Positions 46,728 through 54,680 of a stretch of 64,000 bases of DNA are shown here, in pieces. The position numbers and the translations under genes were made by a program. The notes under the pieces were generated by a model. It was given only the letters and a program-made list of their open reading frames with translations, had not been told where the DNA came from and searched no databases. The DNA is from an uncultured Lachnospiraceae bacterium (GTDB lineage: Bacteria > Bacillota > Clostridia > Oscillospirales > CAG-272), in NCBI GenBank assembly GCA_964413365.1, contig CAYPRM010000004.1, positions 925 to 64,924 on the forward strand, in the 5' to 3' direction. The stretch's first letter is position 1; each line of letters begins with the position of its first letter.

Positions 46728-48428
46728 TTACTGATAGAATGTATTTCCGCCGATGAATTCGCGGACGATGCTCGTGGGTGGGATCTCGTTTTCGACATCC
46801 GCCTCCTTGACATAGTTAAGGAGTCCGACCATCGCACGCACCTGCTCATAACATTCCTCGCTGGGATCTATATCCTGCAGGAGTGGGAAGATATACTTCT
46901 TGATGACTGCGAGCTCATAGAGCGTCGAGCTATTGAAGATGACGTCTGCGTTCTCCTGATAGGGGAAGATCCATCTTTCCTCGCCGCGTCTTACGGAATC
47001 CCACATTGCGAGAGTTCTCTGAACGGTCGCGCCGCGGCTCTCGAAATCCCTGACCGTTCTGCGGAGCAGGCGGAGCGTGCTCGTGGGTATCCTGTTATGG
47101 TCGTCGAAGTTGAGGGGGAGCAGGGGGCTTGCGTAGACTCTGAAAACGAGCTTGGGATCGAGGTCGTCGGGAATGAGCACGGGGTTGAGTCCGTGTATAC
47201 CCTCGACGATGATGATCGAATTCTCCTGAAGGCGGAGCTTGTGTCCCGTCCACTCGCGCTGTCCCTTCTTGAAATTGAAGGACGGCAGCTCGATCTCCTC
47301 GCCTGCAAAGAGCGCACGCAGATGCTCACCGAAAAGCTTTGTATCTATGGTGTTGATATGCTCAAGGTCGATCTTGCCGTCGGGCCCGGGAGCGATGAGG
47401 TCGCGGTCGAGGTAGTAGTCGTCAAGGCTCATAAGGATCGGCGACATTCCGTGAACTCGCAGCTGAATGGCGAGGCGGTTTGCGCTCGTGGTCTTGCCCG
47501 ATGAGCTTGGTCCTGCGAGCATTACTGCCTTTGCACCGCGCTCGCAGATCATATCGGCGATCTGTGAAAATCTCTTTTCGTGGAGCGCCTCATTTACTCG
47601 GATAAGCTCACGGATCTTGCCACTCTCGACGAGCTCGTTGAGGTCGGCAACGGTCTCACAGCCCATCAGCTGACTCCAGCGCTTGCCCTCGGCGTAGACG
47701 TTGAAGAGGTTGGGCATCTCCTTATACTCGGATATCGTATCGGGATCCTTGGGATCGGGAAGAATGAAAATAAATCCCTCGGGTGCTTCAACTATATTAT
47801 ACGAGCGGAGGAAGCCCGTGGACGGTGCCATCTCTCCGTAGAAATAATCTGCGTAGCCGTCGCGCTCGTAGATGGTGAAGTAATCCTTACCGCGGTACTT
47901 GAGCAGTCTGGTCTTATCTATCTGACCGTCGCGTGCGTAGAGGTCGATCGCCGCCTCAATAGGTATCCTGCGGCGGAGAAGGGGGAAGTCCTCCTCGACT
48001 ATTTTTGCGACCTCGGACTTGAATTCGGATACGGAGAAGCGATCCGTTCCGCTGACGCTGAAGTATATGGAATTTCCGAGTGTGCAGCTCATTTTTGCTA
48101 CTCCCTCGGGGTAAAGACGCTTGAATGCGAGGAAAAGAATGAACTGTGCTGTGCGCGTATATGCCTCGCGTCCTGAGGGCTCGCTGTAACGGTAGAGGCG
48201 AACGATGCCTCCCGAGGCCTCAACTGCGCGTCTGATGGTCTCTCTGTCGGGGGTAATATCCTTTGAACGGAGAGGAACGTAATTAAGTGTGAAAACACGA
48301 CCTGCGAGCTTTGCAACTATCGGATCGGTTGAGAGCTTTCCGTGGACGAGTCCAAGCTCCATTGTCATATCGTAAAGGGACATATCCGCCCTTGCTTGGA
48401 ATTCGTGTCCGTCAATATAAAGCTTCAT
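46728..48428 (-). CDS. Uridine-kinase/PRK-family nucleoside kinase with a long N-terminal (TGS/ThrRS-like) extension, 566 aa
   Basis: It has the P-loop LAGPSSSGKTTSANRL in the C-terminal half. The start was moved to the ATG at 48428 (MKLYIDGHEF), which follows AAAGGAG. Confidence 0.75.
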   Translation of the reverse strand: MKLYIDGHEFQARADMSLYDMTMELGLVHGKLSTDPIVAKLAGRVFTLNYVPLRSKDITPDRETIRRAVEASGGIVRLYRYSEPSGREAYTRTAQFILFLAFKRLYPEGVAKMSCTLGNSIYFSVSGTDRFSVSEFKSEVAKIVEEDFPLLRRRIPIEAAIDLYARDGQIDKTRLLKYRGKDYFTIYERDGYADYFYGEMAPSTGFLRSYNIVEAPEGFIFILPDPKDPDTISEYKEMPNLFNVYAEGKRWSQLMGCETVADLNELVESGKIRELIRVNEALHEKRFSQIADMICERGAKAVMLAGPSSSGKTTSANRLAIQLRVHGMSPILMSLDDYYLDRDLIAPGPDGKIDLEHINTIDTKLFGEHLRALFAGEEIELPSFNFKKGQREWTGHKLRLQENSIIIVEGIHGLNPVLIPDDLDPKLVFRVYASPLLPLNFDDHNRIPTSTLRLLRRTVRDFESRGATVQRTLAMWDSVRRGEERWIFPYQENADVIFNSSTLYELAVIKKYIFPLLQDIDPSEECYEQVRAMVGLLNYVKEADVENEIPPTSIVREFIGGNTFYQ

Positions 48429-48523
48429 ATATTTTATCTCCTTTCGAAATACTGTTACCGTGTTACTGTGATTTGAGGAAGGGTGAAAAAAGGGCTGACA
48501 GACCATACGGCAGGATACGCCGC

Positions 48524-48581
48524 GGTAGTCAACCATTATCGGTGGTCGTAGAAACATCTGCCCATATCGCAGATTTATACC
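48524..48581 (-). promoter_or_regulatory. Purine riboswitch aptamer, guanine-type (C at the specificity position)
   Basis: The minus-strand RNA reads GGUA-UAA-AUCUGC-GAUAUGG-GCAGAU-GUUUCUA-CGACCA-CCGAUAA-UGGUUG-AC-UACC. Its junctions and loops match the xpt-type consensus (L2 GAUAUGG, J2/3 GUUUCUA, L3 CCGNUAA). Confidence 0.85.
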
Positions 48582-48595
48582 TCTTCCTCTGGAAT

Positions 48596-48624
48596 ATGAT
48601 ATCACATATTTTGCCACGTGTCAA
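48596..48624 (-). promoter_or_regulatory. Sigma-A type promoter driving the riboswitch and kinase gene
   Basis: On the minus strand it reads TTGACA-N17-TATCAT. It ends about 15 nt upstream of the aptamer. Confidence 0.6.
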
Positions 48625-48729
48625 GGGTTTGGACGAATTTTGTGAAAAATATATATAAAAAATTCACTCTTATGCCAAAAAAAGTTGTTAGTTTTTCACA
48701 TTTTTACTAAAAAAATATCGAAATTTCAA

Positions 48730-48763
48730 GCATATCCCCCAAGGCTTACCTTGGGGGATATGC
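48730..48763 (-). terminator. Hairpin terminator downstream of the SPOCS-LysM gene
   Basis: There is a 13-bp stem gcatatcccccaa/ttgggggatatgc, but the U tract is modest. Confidence 0.55.
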
Positions 48764-48774
48764 TTTGGTTAGGG

Positions 48775-50331
48775 CTAAATTATGAGAAAGTGCCGATCTC
48801 GGATCTCGCAGTCCTCTGCAGCAGGCTCGGAGATCGAATTTTTCTCTGCAAGCTCGCCCACCTCGACGCCATATCTCCTTGCAATATCCCACAGCCCCTC
48901 GCCCTGCGTGGGGTAGTAGAGCAAGGTCTCGCCCACTGTGCGCTCACGTTTTTCTCCGAGGGTGATCGAGTCCGCAAGCTCGATCTCTGCGCTCTCCTGC
49001 GCGAGAATACAGAAGGCTAACTCGCAGTCGGCGATGATACGCTCCCCGTCGCTCCGCACGCGCGGTGAGATGGGGCGTACCTCCGCAAGAAGGCGCAGAT
49101 CGTCGCCTCCGCTCAGCTCTCCTGCGTCTCCGCAGTCGCAGGAATAGCGATAGGGAAGCGTTAGCTCGCACACTCCGTACTCCTCACCGTCGCGGTAGAT
49201 GATGCGGTATACGCAATCGCCCTCAAGCGTGAGTCTGCCACCGACACGCTCCGCACCGCCTACTGTCGCGTGGGCGCTGACGTCGATTATAACTGCGTCC
49301 TGCGGCATACCGATATCGGCAAGGGGGCGAGTCTCGTTCTGCGTCAGATTTCCGTTCGCACATAGCACGGGCAGGGAGATGCGCACGCTCCGCGTACCGA
49401 CCTCGGAATGACGCTCTGTGGAATATGCATCGCAGATATAGGTGCTCTCAACGCTCTCCTGAGTTAGCAGGCAGGCGTCGATATCGACCTCCGCCGAGAT
49501 CCCGTCCTCCGCCGTGCTTACCCTGATATCACGAATATTAGCGCTCGCCCCGCACTCCGCACCGACGGGATGATCGCAGTCGACGCTTATCGCAAAGGGA
49601 AGTCGCCTTACCAACGTGATGGGGTGCTCGCTCTCGCCGTCGTTGCAGTAGAGTATACGGAGCATGACCTCCCCTCGCACGCCTATCTTGCCGCCGAGAG
49701 CCGAGCATTCCGAGACGAGTGGCTCTGCCTGCGTGCCTATTATCCTTGTGCTGTCGGCGTCCGTGTCCGTTGGAATGTGCTCTGTGAGCGTCTGAACGTC
49801 CGAGCGCACCCTACCGACGCGCGAGACGTGCACCCTGCGTGTGCGGTTCTGCAGCGTGCCGCTCTCCCTGCTCTCACCACCTGAAACGGTGGGCGTGTAA
49901 AAGGCGGGGGAGAGGGCGAGCGTATGCTCCGAGATGCGAGTGCGTATGCTGAGCCTTCTCGGACCGAGAACGCGAGCGGAGACGCTCTCGTAGGTGCAGA
50001 GGTGGACCACCGTCAGATCTCCTGCCCCTGCGGATTCTGCGGTGAATTCAAAGGGCGTGCTCGTGATGCGGTTATCCGTGAGCGTGGCGGAGTAAAGCTC
50101 CCCGTCCGAGCCGAGATAAAGTATTCTGAATACGAGCTCCGAGCGCATTTCCGCTCCCGTGCCGCTGAGAAATTCCCCCTCAGAGAGAATATTTACGCGA
50201 GTGTCGAGCAGTCGGCGTATCTCGGGCTGATAATCGGGCAGGGAAAGCTCCGAGACCACCTCGCTCTCGCTCGAGCGGTCGCATACGGGCATCTGTGGGA
50301 AATATCCCGTCTCCATTCGTGTGTTTTCCAT
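48775..50331 (-). CDS. DUF3794 (SPOCS) domain protein with a C-terminal LysM domain
   Basis: It has repeated SPOCS-like segments (LPDYQPEIRRLLDTRV...). The C-terminal LysM is LLYYPTQGEGLWDIARRYGVEVGELAEKN. A GGAGG RBS is present. Confidence 0.75.
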   Translation of the reverse strand: MENTRMETGYFPQMPVCDRSSESEVVSELSLPDYQPEIRRLLDTRVNILSEGEFLSGTGAEMRSELVFRILYLGSDGELYSATLTDNRITSTPFEFTAESAGAGDLTVVHLCTYESVSARVLGPRRLSIRTRISEHTLALSPAFYTPTVSGGESRESGTLQNRTRRVHVSRVGRVRSDVQTLTEHIPTDTDADSTRIIGTQAEPLVSECSALGGKIGVRGEVMLRILYCNDGESEHPITLVRRLPFAISVDCDHPVGAECGASANIRDIRVSTAEDGISAEVDIDACLLTQESVESTYICDAYSTERHSEVGTRSVRISLPVLCANGNLTQNETRPLADIGMPQDAVIIDVSAHATVGGAERVGGRLTLEGDCVYRIIYRDGEEYGVCELTLPYRYSCDCGDAGELSGGDDLRLLAEVRPISPRVRSDGERIIADCELAFCILAQESAEIELADSITLGEKRERTVGETLLYYPTQGEGLWDIARRYGVEVGELAEKNSISEPAAEDCEIRDRHFLII

Positions 50332-50481
50332 ATTGATCCTCCGTTTCCGCCGCTGTATTTATCCTTTGAGCGGCGTGTTCGCATTTTTTGTAAATTCTAT
50401 GAAGTTTTTTCGCATTTTATGATGATGTGGGGCGTGCCGACAAAAAAATACCGTTTTCCTGCCCGTGGGGGCAATTTTTTC

Positions 50482-50511
50482 TTGACAAATCCCACATATT
50501 GGAGGTATAAT
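50482..50511 (+). promoter_or_regulatory. Sigma-A type promoter
   Basis: It reads TTGACA-N18-TATAAT. Confidence 0.45.
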
Positions 50512-50543
50512 ATAGGTAAATCAAGCATTGGGGAGATTATCCT

Positions 50544-52115
50544 ATGAAGAAAACACTGATATCCATACTGTCACTTATCGCCGTACTCGCGGTCTGTGCT
50601 TGCCTGCTCTGCGCGTGCGAGGGGCAGAGAGATCTTAAGGGCGAGTTTTTCGGCGAGGAATACCTTGACAGCATGGGTGTTCGCACTCTGCCGTCTCCGA
50701 GCCTTGACAGCTCAGTTCTGCGTGACGGCAAAACGCTCTATCTCAACCTCAGCGACGAGGAATACATCGCGTACTATGCAAAGCTGATAGGATATTTGCG
50801 CGCGAGGACGGATATATACAACCTCTCGAAGGTGGAACATTCGACGTATCTTATGATCATTCCGACAGGCTACATCTGCAGTCCCATCGGCGATGGCTTT
50901 GTGCCGAGCTGTGAGTCGGTGAACCTTATGTTCTCGCTCACCGAGGAGCTTGGTGAGGATGGCGAGCTTGAGTCGCCGATATGTATTTCCCTCACACGCA
51001 AGAGCGGAACGCACACATACTCGGGCTTTTCGTATAATTGCTATATGACCATCAGCCAAAGCAATGTCGGCTCGGTAGTCCTCGACCGTTGCTATTACGA
51101 CCACACATACGAGGAGATCGCAGAGTACCGCGTTCCGTCGGGCGGCGAAATACAGTTTATAAAATATTACACCTGCATCTATTGCGGCGCGTCCAATTTT
51201 TCCAAGTTCATCGGCGATATGAAATACTACAAGGTCAGCGTGGATCAGGGTGGTGAGTACATCGTGCGCACCCTGCCCGACGAATATATTTCCGGCATAC
51301 GCATGGACGTCTGCGTCGGTAAGCTTCACAGCAATCTCATCCTGACCGTCAACGGTATACAGATAGAAGGTCACGCATCGGACGACGATTCTCTCTGGCA
51401 CTACACATTCGTGATGCCCTGTAAGGATATCACGATAAGCATAATTGATCCGAGCGTGCCTATAATAAAGGATCTCTCGGAGATCACTCCGTGGCTCGGT
51501 GAGCTGGAGGCGAGCGATATTGCGCAGATAAAGTACCGTACATCACAGTACGGAATTGCGTCGGGCTTGCCCGTTACCGTAAATTCCACGTCGGATAGGG
51601 AGAAGATCGAAAGCATTCTATCCGCTCTCAAGACTCTTGAGATGAGCAGCAGCGGATCAATTAACAATCCCGAGGCGGGCAAGGGCAAGGAATTTGTGTT
51701 CGTCCTCTCCGACGGCACGGTTCGCAGTATCTATTTTCAAGAGGGCAGCTATACATTTTTTGATAACTTTTTATCAAGCACCTTAGATATTTACCACACC
51801 GACTACGTACCGAGCCTTCGCGGCACGGTAACGTACTCGCTCACGTATTTCGATATACAGCCCGTCCACCCTGCGCTCTACGACGAGGCGAGCGGTGGTT
51901 TCGCGGTAAGGGAGGACTATGTGATAGACCTCAGCGAGCTTGAATTCACCGTCTGTACGGAGAGGGAGCTTGAGGGCACGAGGGTGCTGTGCAAGACCTC
52001 GGGCGGAGAGTCGGAGCTTGAGATAATGGGCAATACCACCTTCAAGATCGGCAATACCTGCTACAAGCTCGTAAATACCACCTTCCGTGACGCATTTACA
52101 CTTGTATCACAATGA
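50544..52115 (+). CDS. Putative lipoprotein, function unknown (523 aa)
   Basis: It has a signal peptide with a lipobox-like LLCAC. I recognise no family. Confidence 0.65.
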   Translation: MKKTLISILSLIAVLAVCACLLCACEGQRDLKGEFFGEEYLDSMGVRTLPSPSLDSSVLRDGKTLYLNLSDEEYIAYYAKLIGYLRARTDIYNLSKVEHSTYLMIIPTGYICSPIGDGFVPSCESVNLMFSLTEELGEDGELESPICISLTRKSGTHTYSGFSYNCYMTISQSNVGSVVLDRCYYDHTYEEIAEYRVPSGGEIQFIKYYTCIYCGASNFSKFIGDMKYYKVSVDQGGEYIVRTLPDEYISGIRMDVCVGKLHSNLILTVNGIQIEGHASDDDSLWHYTFVMPCKDITISIIDPSVPIIKDLSEITPWLGELEASDIAQIKYRTSQYGIASGLPVTVNSTSDREKIESILSALKTLEMSSSGSINNPEAGKGKEFVFVLSDGTVRSIYFQEGSYTFFDNFLSSTLDIYHTDYVPSLRGTVTYSLTYFDIQPVHPALYDEASGGFAVREDYVIDLSELEFTVCTERELEGTRVLCKTSGGESELEIMGNTTFKIGNTCYKLVNTTFRDAFTLVSQ

Positions 52116-52133
52116 TCAAGCCTATCAGATAAT

Positions 52134-52170
52134 AAAAAAGCAAAACGGTCAAAACCGTTTTGCTTTTTGT
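52134..52170. terminator. Bidirectional intrinsic terminator (end of the surface-protein operon and of the lipoprotein gene)
   Basis: The hairpin is gcaaaacgg-tcaaaa-ccgttttgc with an A-run and a T-run. Confidence 0.85.
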
Positions 52171-52172
52171 TT

Positions 52173-52739
52173 TTAAGATCCGCTCTGCGGAGATATGGTT
52201 ACAAGTATGATTCCTATCGTACCGTCGTAGGATATGCCCTCTCCCGAGACGGAGAAGTAGGCATTACTGCACGGTGCTCCCAACAGGGTAGTGCCCTCGG
52301 CACTTGCAAGGGGGAGAGTGGATGCTGCCAGCTCCGCATACGCTCCTTCGCTGTCCAAGGCGTAGAACTTACCCACGATTCCTAAACCGTTTGCAGGTTG
52401 GAAGGTAAACACCGCATCTATCGCGGTATTTGAGTGGTTGGTCACTTCAATGGGGAACATATCTACGTCCCATTTGCCTGCCACCACGCCCTCGTAGGCG
52501 TGCTTGACTGCGTTCCACGTCCCCTTGCTTCCGCCGTCGTAGTTAAAGACCATAGCGTTCCATTCGATGCTGACGGAGATGATGCTTCTCTTGCTCGTTG
52601 CCGACTGCTGAAACGTTCCGTCAACGTCGATGGTGTACTCACCGACTCCGACGCCACCCTGCTGTGGGGCTGCGACGGCGGTGAGGGATGCAAGCAGGAG
52701 AATTGCCAAGAGCAGAGCGATCGCTGATAATTTTTTCAT
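52173..52739 (-). CDS. Secreted 188-aa protein made of a signal peptide plus one copy of the shared uncharacterised module
   Basis: The signal peptide is MKKLSAIALLLAILLLASLTAVAA. The module blocks are SIEWNAMVFNY, GTWNAVKHAY, IEVTNHSNTAI and IGIILVTI. Confidence 0.7.
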   Translation of the reverse strand: MKKLSAIALLLAILLLASLTAVAAPQQGGVGVGEYTIDVDGTFQQSATSKRSIISVSIEWNAMVFNYDGGSKGTWNAVKHAYEGVVAGKWDVDMFPIEVTNHSNTAIDAVFTFQPANGLGIVGKFYALDSEGAYAELAASTLPLASAEGTTLLGAPCSNAYFSVSGEGISYDGTIGIILVTISPQSGS

Positions 52740-52764
52740 AGCGTCGTTTCCTTTCTATTTTGTA

Positions 52765-54639
52765 TCATTCATCCGCTTTGGGGACTATTATTATCTCTGC
52801 GAACGTCTTGCCGTCGAAGGTCGCACCGACGCCTGCCGTGGCAGAAGTCGTTTCGTCGCGCTCGAGCTGTCCCTCGACGAGAGTGAGCGTTACCTGCGTT
52901 GCGTCGTCGATGAAATTTCCGTTGATAGTTTTGAACGTGAATATGCCTGTAAATGTAATGCTCCTTAAGGCAGTGCATCCATTGAATACATCAGTATATA
53001 AGGTAACGGACGGCAGCTCGATGCTGACGAGCGAGGTGCAATTTTCAAATGCAGAGTCCTTTACCGTATTAACATTAGGTATATCGATCGTGGTGAGACT
53101 GCTACAGCCCACAAATATGCCAATGCTTAGGGTTTCTATTTTAGGAAGTGAGACGGATTGCAGGTTAGTGCAGCCTTGGAAAGCATAATCTGCAATAATT
53201 ATTGCCTCAGGCAGGGAGATGGACTGCAGGCTATCGCAACCTTTGAAAGCATAAGTTCCAATATTTGTTGCCTTGGGCAGAGAGATGGACTGCAGGCTAT
53301 CGCAGTCTTGGAAAGCATAATTTTCAATATTTGTTGCCTCGGGCAGGGAGACGGACTGTAGATTATCACAGTATATGAAAGCACTATTTCCAATATTTGT
53401 TGCCTTGGGCAGAGAGATGGACTGCAGGCTACCGCAGTCATGGAAAGCATAATTTCCAATATTTGTTGCCTCGGGCAGGGAGACGGACTGTAGATTATCA
53501 CAGGATGCGAAAGCACTATATCCAATACTTGTTGCCTTGGGTAGAGAGACGGACTGCAGGTCATTGCAGTTTCCAAAAGCAGTATTTCCAATATTTGTTG
53601 CCTCGGGCAGAGAGACGGACTGCAGGTCAGTGCAGTTTAGAAAAGCATAATTTCCAATATTTGTTGCCTTGGGCAGAGAGATGGACTGCAGGCTACCGCA
53701 GTGATGGAAAGCATAATCTCCAATATTTGTTGCCTCGGGCAGGGAGACGGACTGCAGGCTATCGCAGGATTGGAAAGCTTCATATCCAATACTTGTTGCC
53801 TTGGGCGCACTGAAATTTTTTATTTTAGTGTGATCAAATGTACCATCTAAAATTTTTGTGGTATCGAGGAGCGTGAGATTATTAAGTGAGGTAAAATTCG
53901 ATATGAATGATCTCAGATCGTCACCCGCTTCTAAAATGCCCGATATCGTGAGATCAGTGACATAGCTACAGGCTTTTACCTGATCAAATATAGTCATATC
54001 TGAGGATTTGATATTTAATACACTTATATGTGCTTCGTCTATAGCTTGGAACACGTCCTTCACTTCCTCTGATGATGTAAAGCCTGTGAAGTCGCAGACG
54101 AATTCAGTCGATATTGCGATGGTGATCGTGCCGAGCCTTGTGCTCTCGGTGATCCCGGGGCTCGTGGGATCTATTTTAAAGTCGGTCGTCATGCTCGGTG
54201 CAGGATACGTTCCCTCGGGGCTCTGCGTGCGGTATGCGTCATCATCCGCGCTGTAGATCCAGAGATAATCATGCGTAAACGTGCCGCTCATACCCGAGAT
54301 GGTCGAGGTGAATGAGAAGGCGGAGAGAATGGGGGCATTCGAGTGATTGGTTATCTCGATCGAGCGCGAGGTCGTATCCCATACTCCCGAGGTGTCATTG
54401 TCGTAACGATGCTCGCCGGGGAGCCACGTGCCCATATCTGTCTGCGTGTAGGTGAAATTCATATCGTTCCACGCGATATCGACGCAGATGATGGTATCAC
54501 CGCCCGTTGGCCTCTTGTAGGTCGCGCTGACGTCGATCGGTGTGCTTGACGCACCCGATGTACTGCTCTCCGCAAGAACGGGCACAGCCACAAGGCAGAG
54601 CATCACGGTGAACACTATTAATGTAATTATTTTTTTCAT
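52765..54639 (-). CDS. Secreted BspA-type leucine-rich-repeat protein with an N-terminal copy of the shared module
   Basis: It has a signal peptide and the module (DIAWNDMNFTY, IEITNHSNAPI). About 13 repeats of 22 aa follow (ATNIGNYAFxxCxxLQSVSLPx). The ATG at 54639 follows AGGAG. Confidence 0.85.
   Translation of the reverse strand: MKKIITLIVFTVMLCLVAVPVLAESSTSGASSTPIDVSATYKRPTGGDTIICVDIAWNDMNFTYTQTDMGTWLPGEHRYDNDTSGVWDTTSRSIEITNHSNAPILSAFSFTSTISGMSGTFTHDYLWIYSADDDAYRTQSPEGTYPAPSMTTDFKIDPTSPGITESTRLGTITIAISTEFVCDFTGFTSSEEVKDVFQAIDEAHISVLNIKSSDMTIFDQVKACSYVTDLTISGILEAGDDLRSFISNFTSLNNLTLLDTTKILDGTFDHTKIKNFSAPKATSIGYEAFQSCDSLQSVSLPEATNIGDYAFHHCGSLQSISLPKATNIGNYAFLNCTDLQSVSLPEATNIGNTAFGNCNDLQSVSLPKATSIGYSAFASCDNLQSVSLPEATNIGNYAFHDCGSLQSISLPKATNIGNSAFIYCDNLQSVSLPEATNIENYAFQDCDSLQSISLPKATNIGTYAFKGCDSLQSISLPEAIIIADYAFQGCTNLQSVSLPKIETLSIGIFVGCSSLTTIDIPNVNTVKDSAFENCTSLVSIELPSVTLYTDVFNGCTALRSITFTGIFTFKTINGNFIDDATQVTLTLVEGQLERDETTSATAGVGATFDGKTFAEIIIVPKADE
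53140..53802. repeat. Intragenic tandem repeat, 66-bp unit x10, with alternating subtypes (132-bp super-repeat)
   Basis: Units such as ggactgcaggctatcgca..ccttgggcagagagat alternate with ..cctcgggcagggagac. They encode the LRR units. Confidence 0.85.
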
Positions 54640-54680
54640 ATTATTATCTCCTTTTATTATCTCATTATATATCTGCGTTG

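Noticed and set aside
48580-48595. PyrR-binding-like motif AUUCCAGAGGAAGAGG upstream of the uridine-kinase-family gene
   Set aside because: It differs from the UCCAGAGAGGCU core. The region is much better explained as the 5' flank of a near-perfect purine riboswitch aptamer.
53140-53802. Regular 66-bp repeats that might be a CRISPR array
   Set aside because: The repeats are contiguous with no unique spacers. They are in frame and encode the 22-aa LRR units of a long ORF. There are no cas genes.
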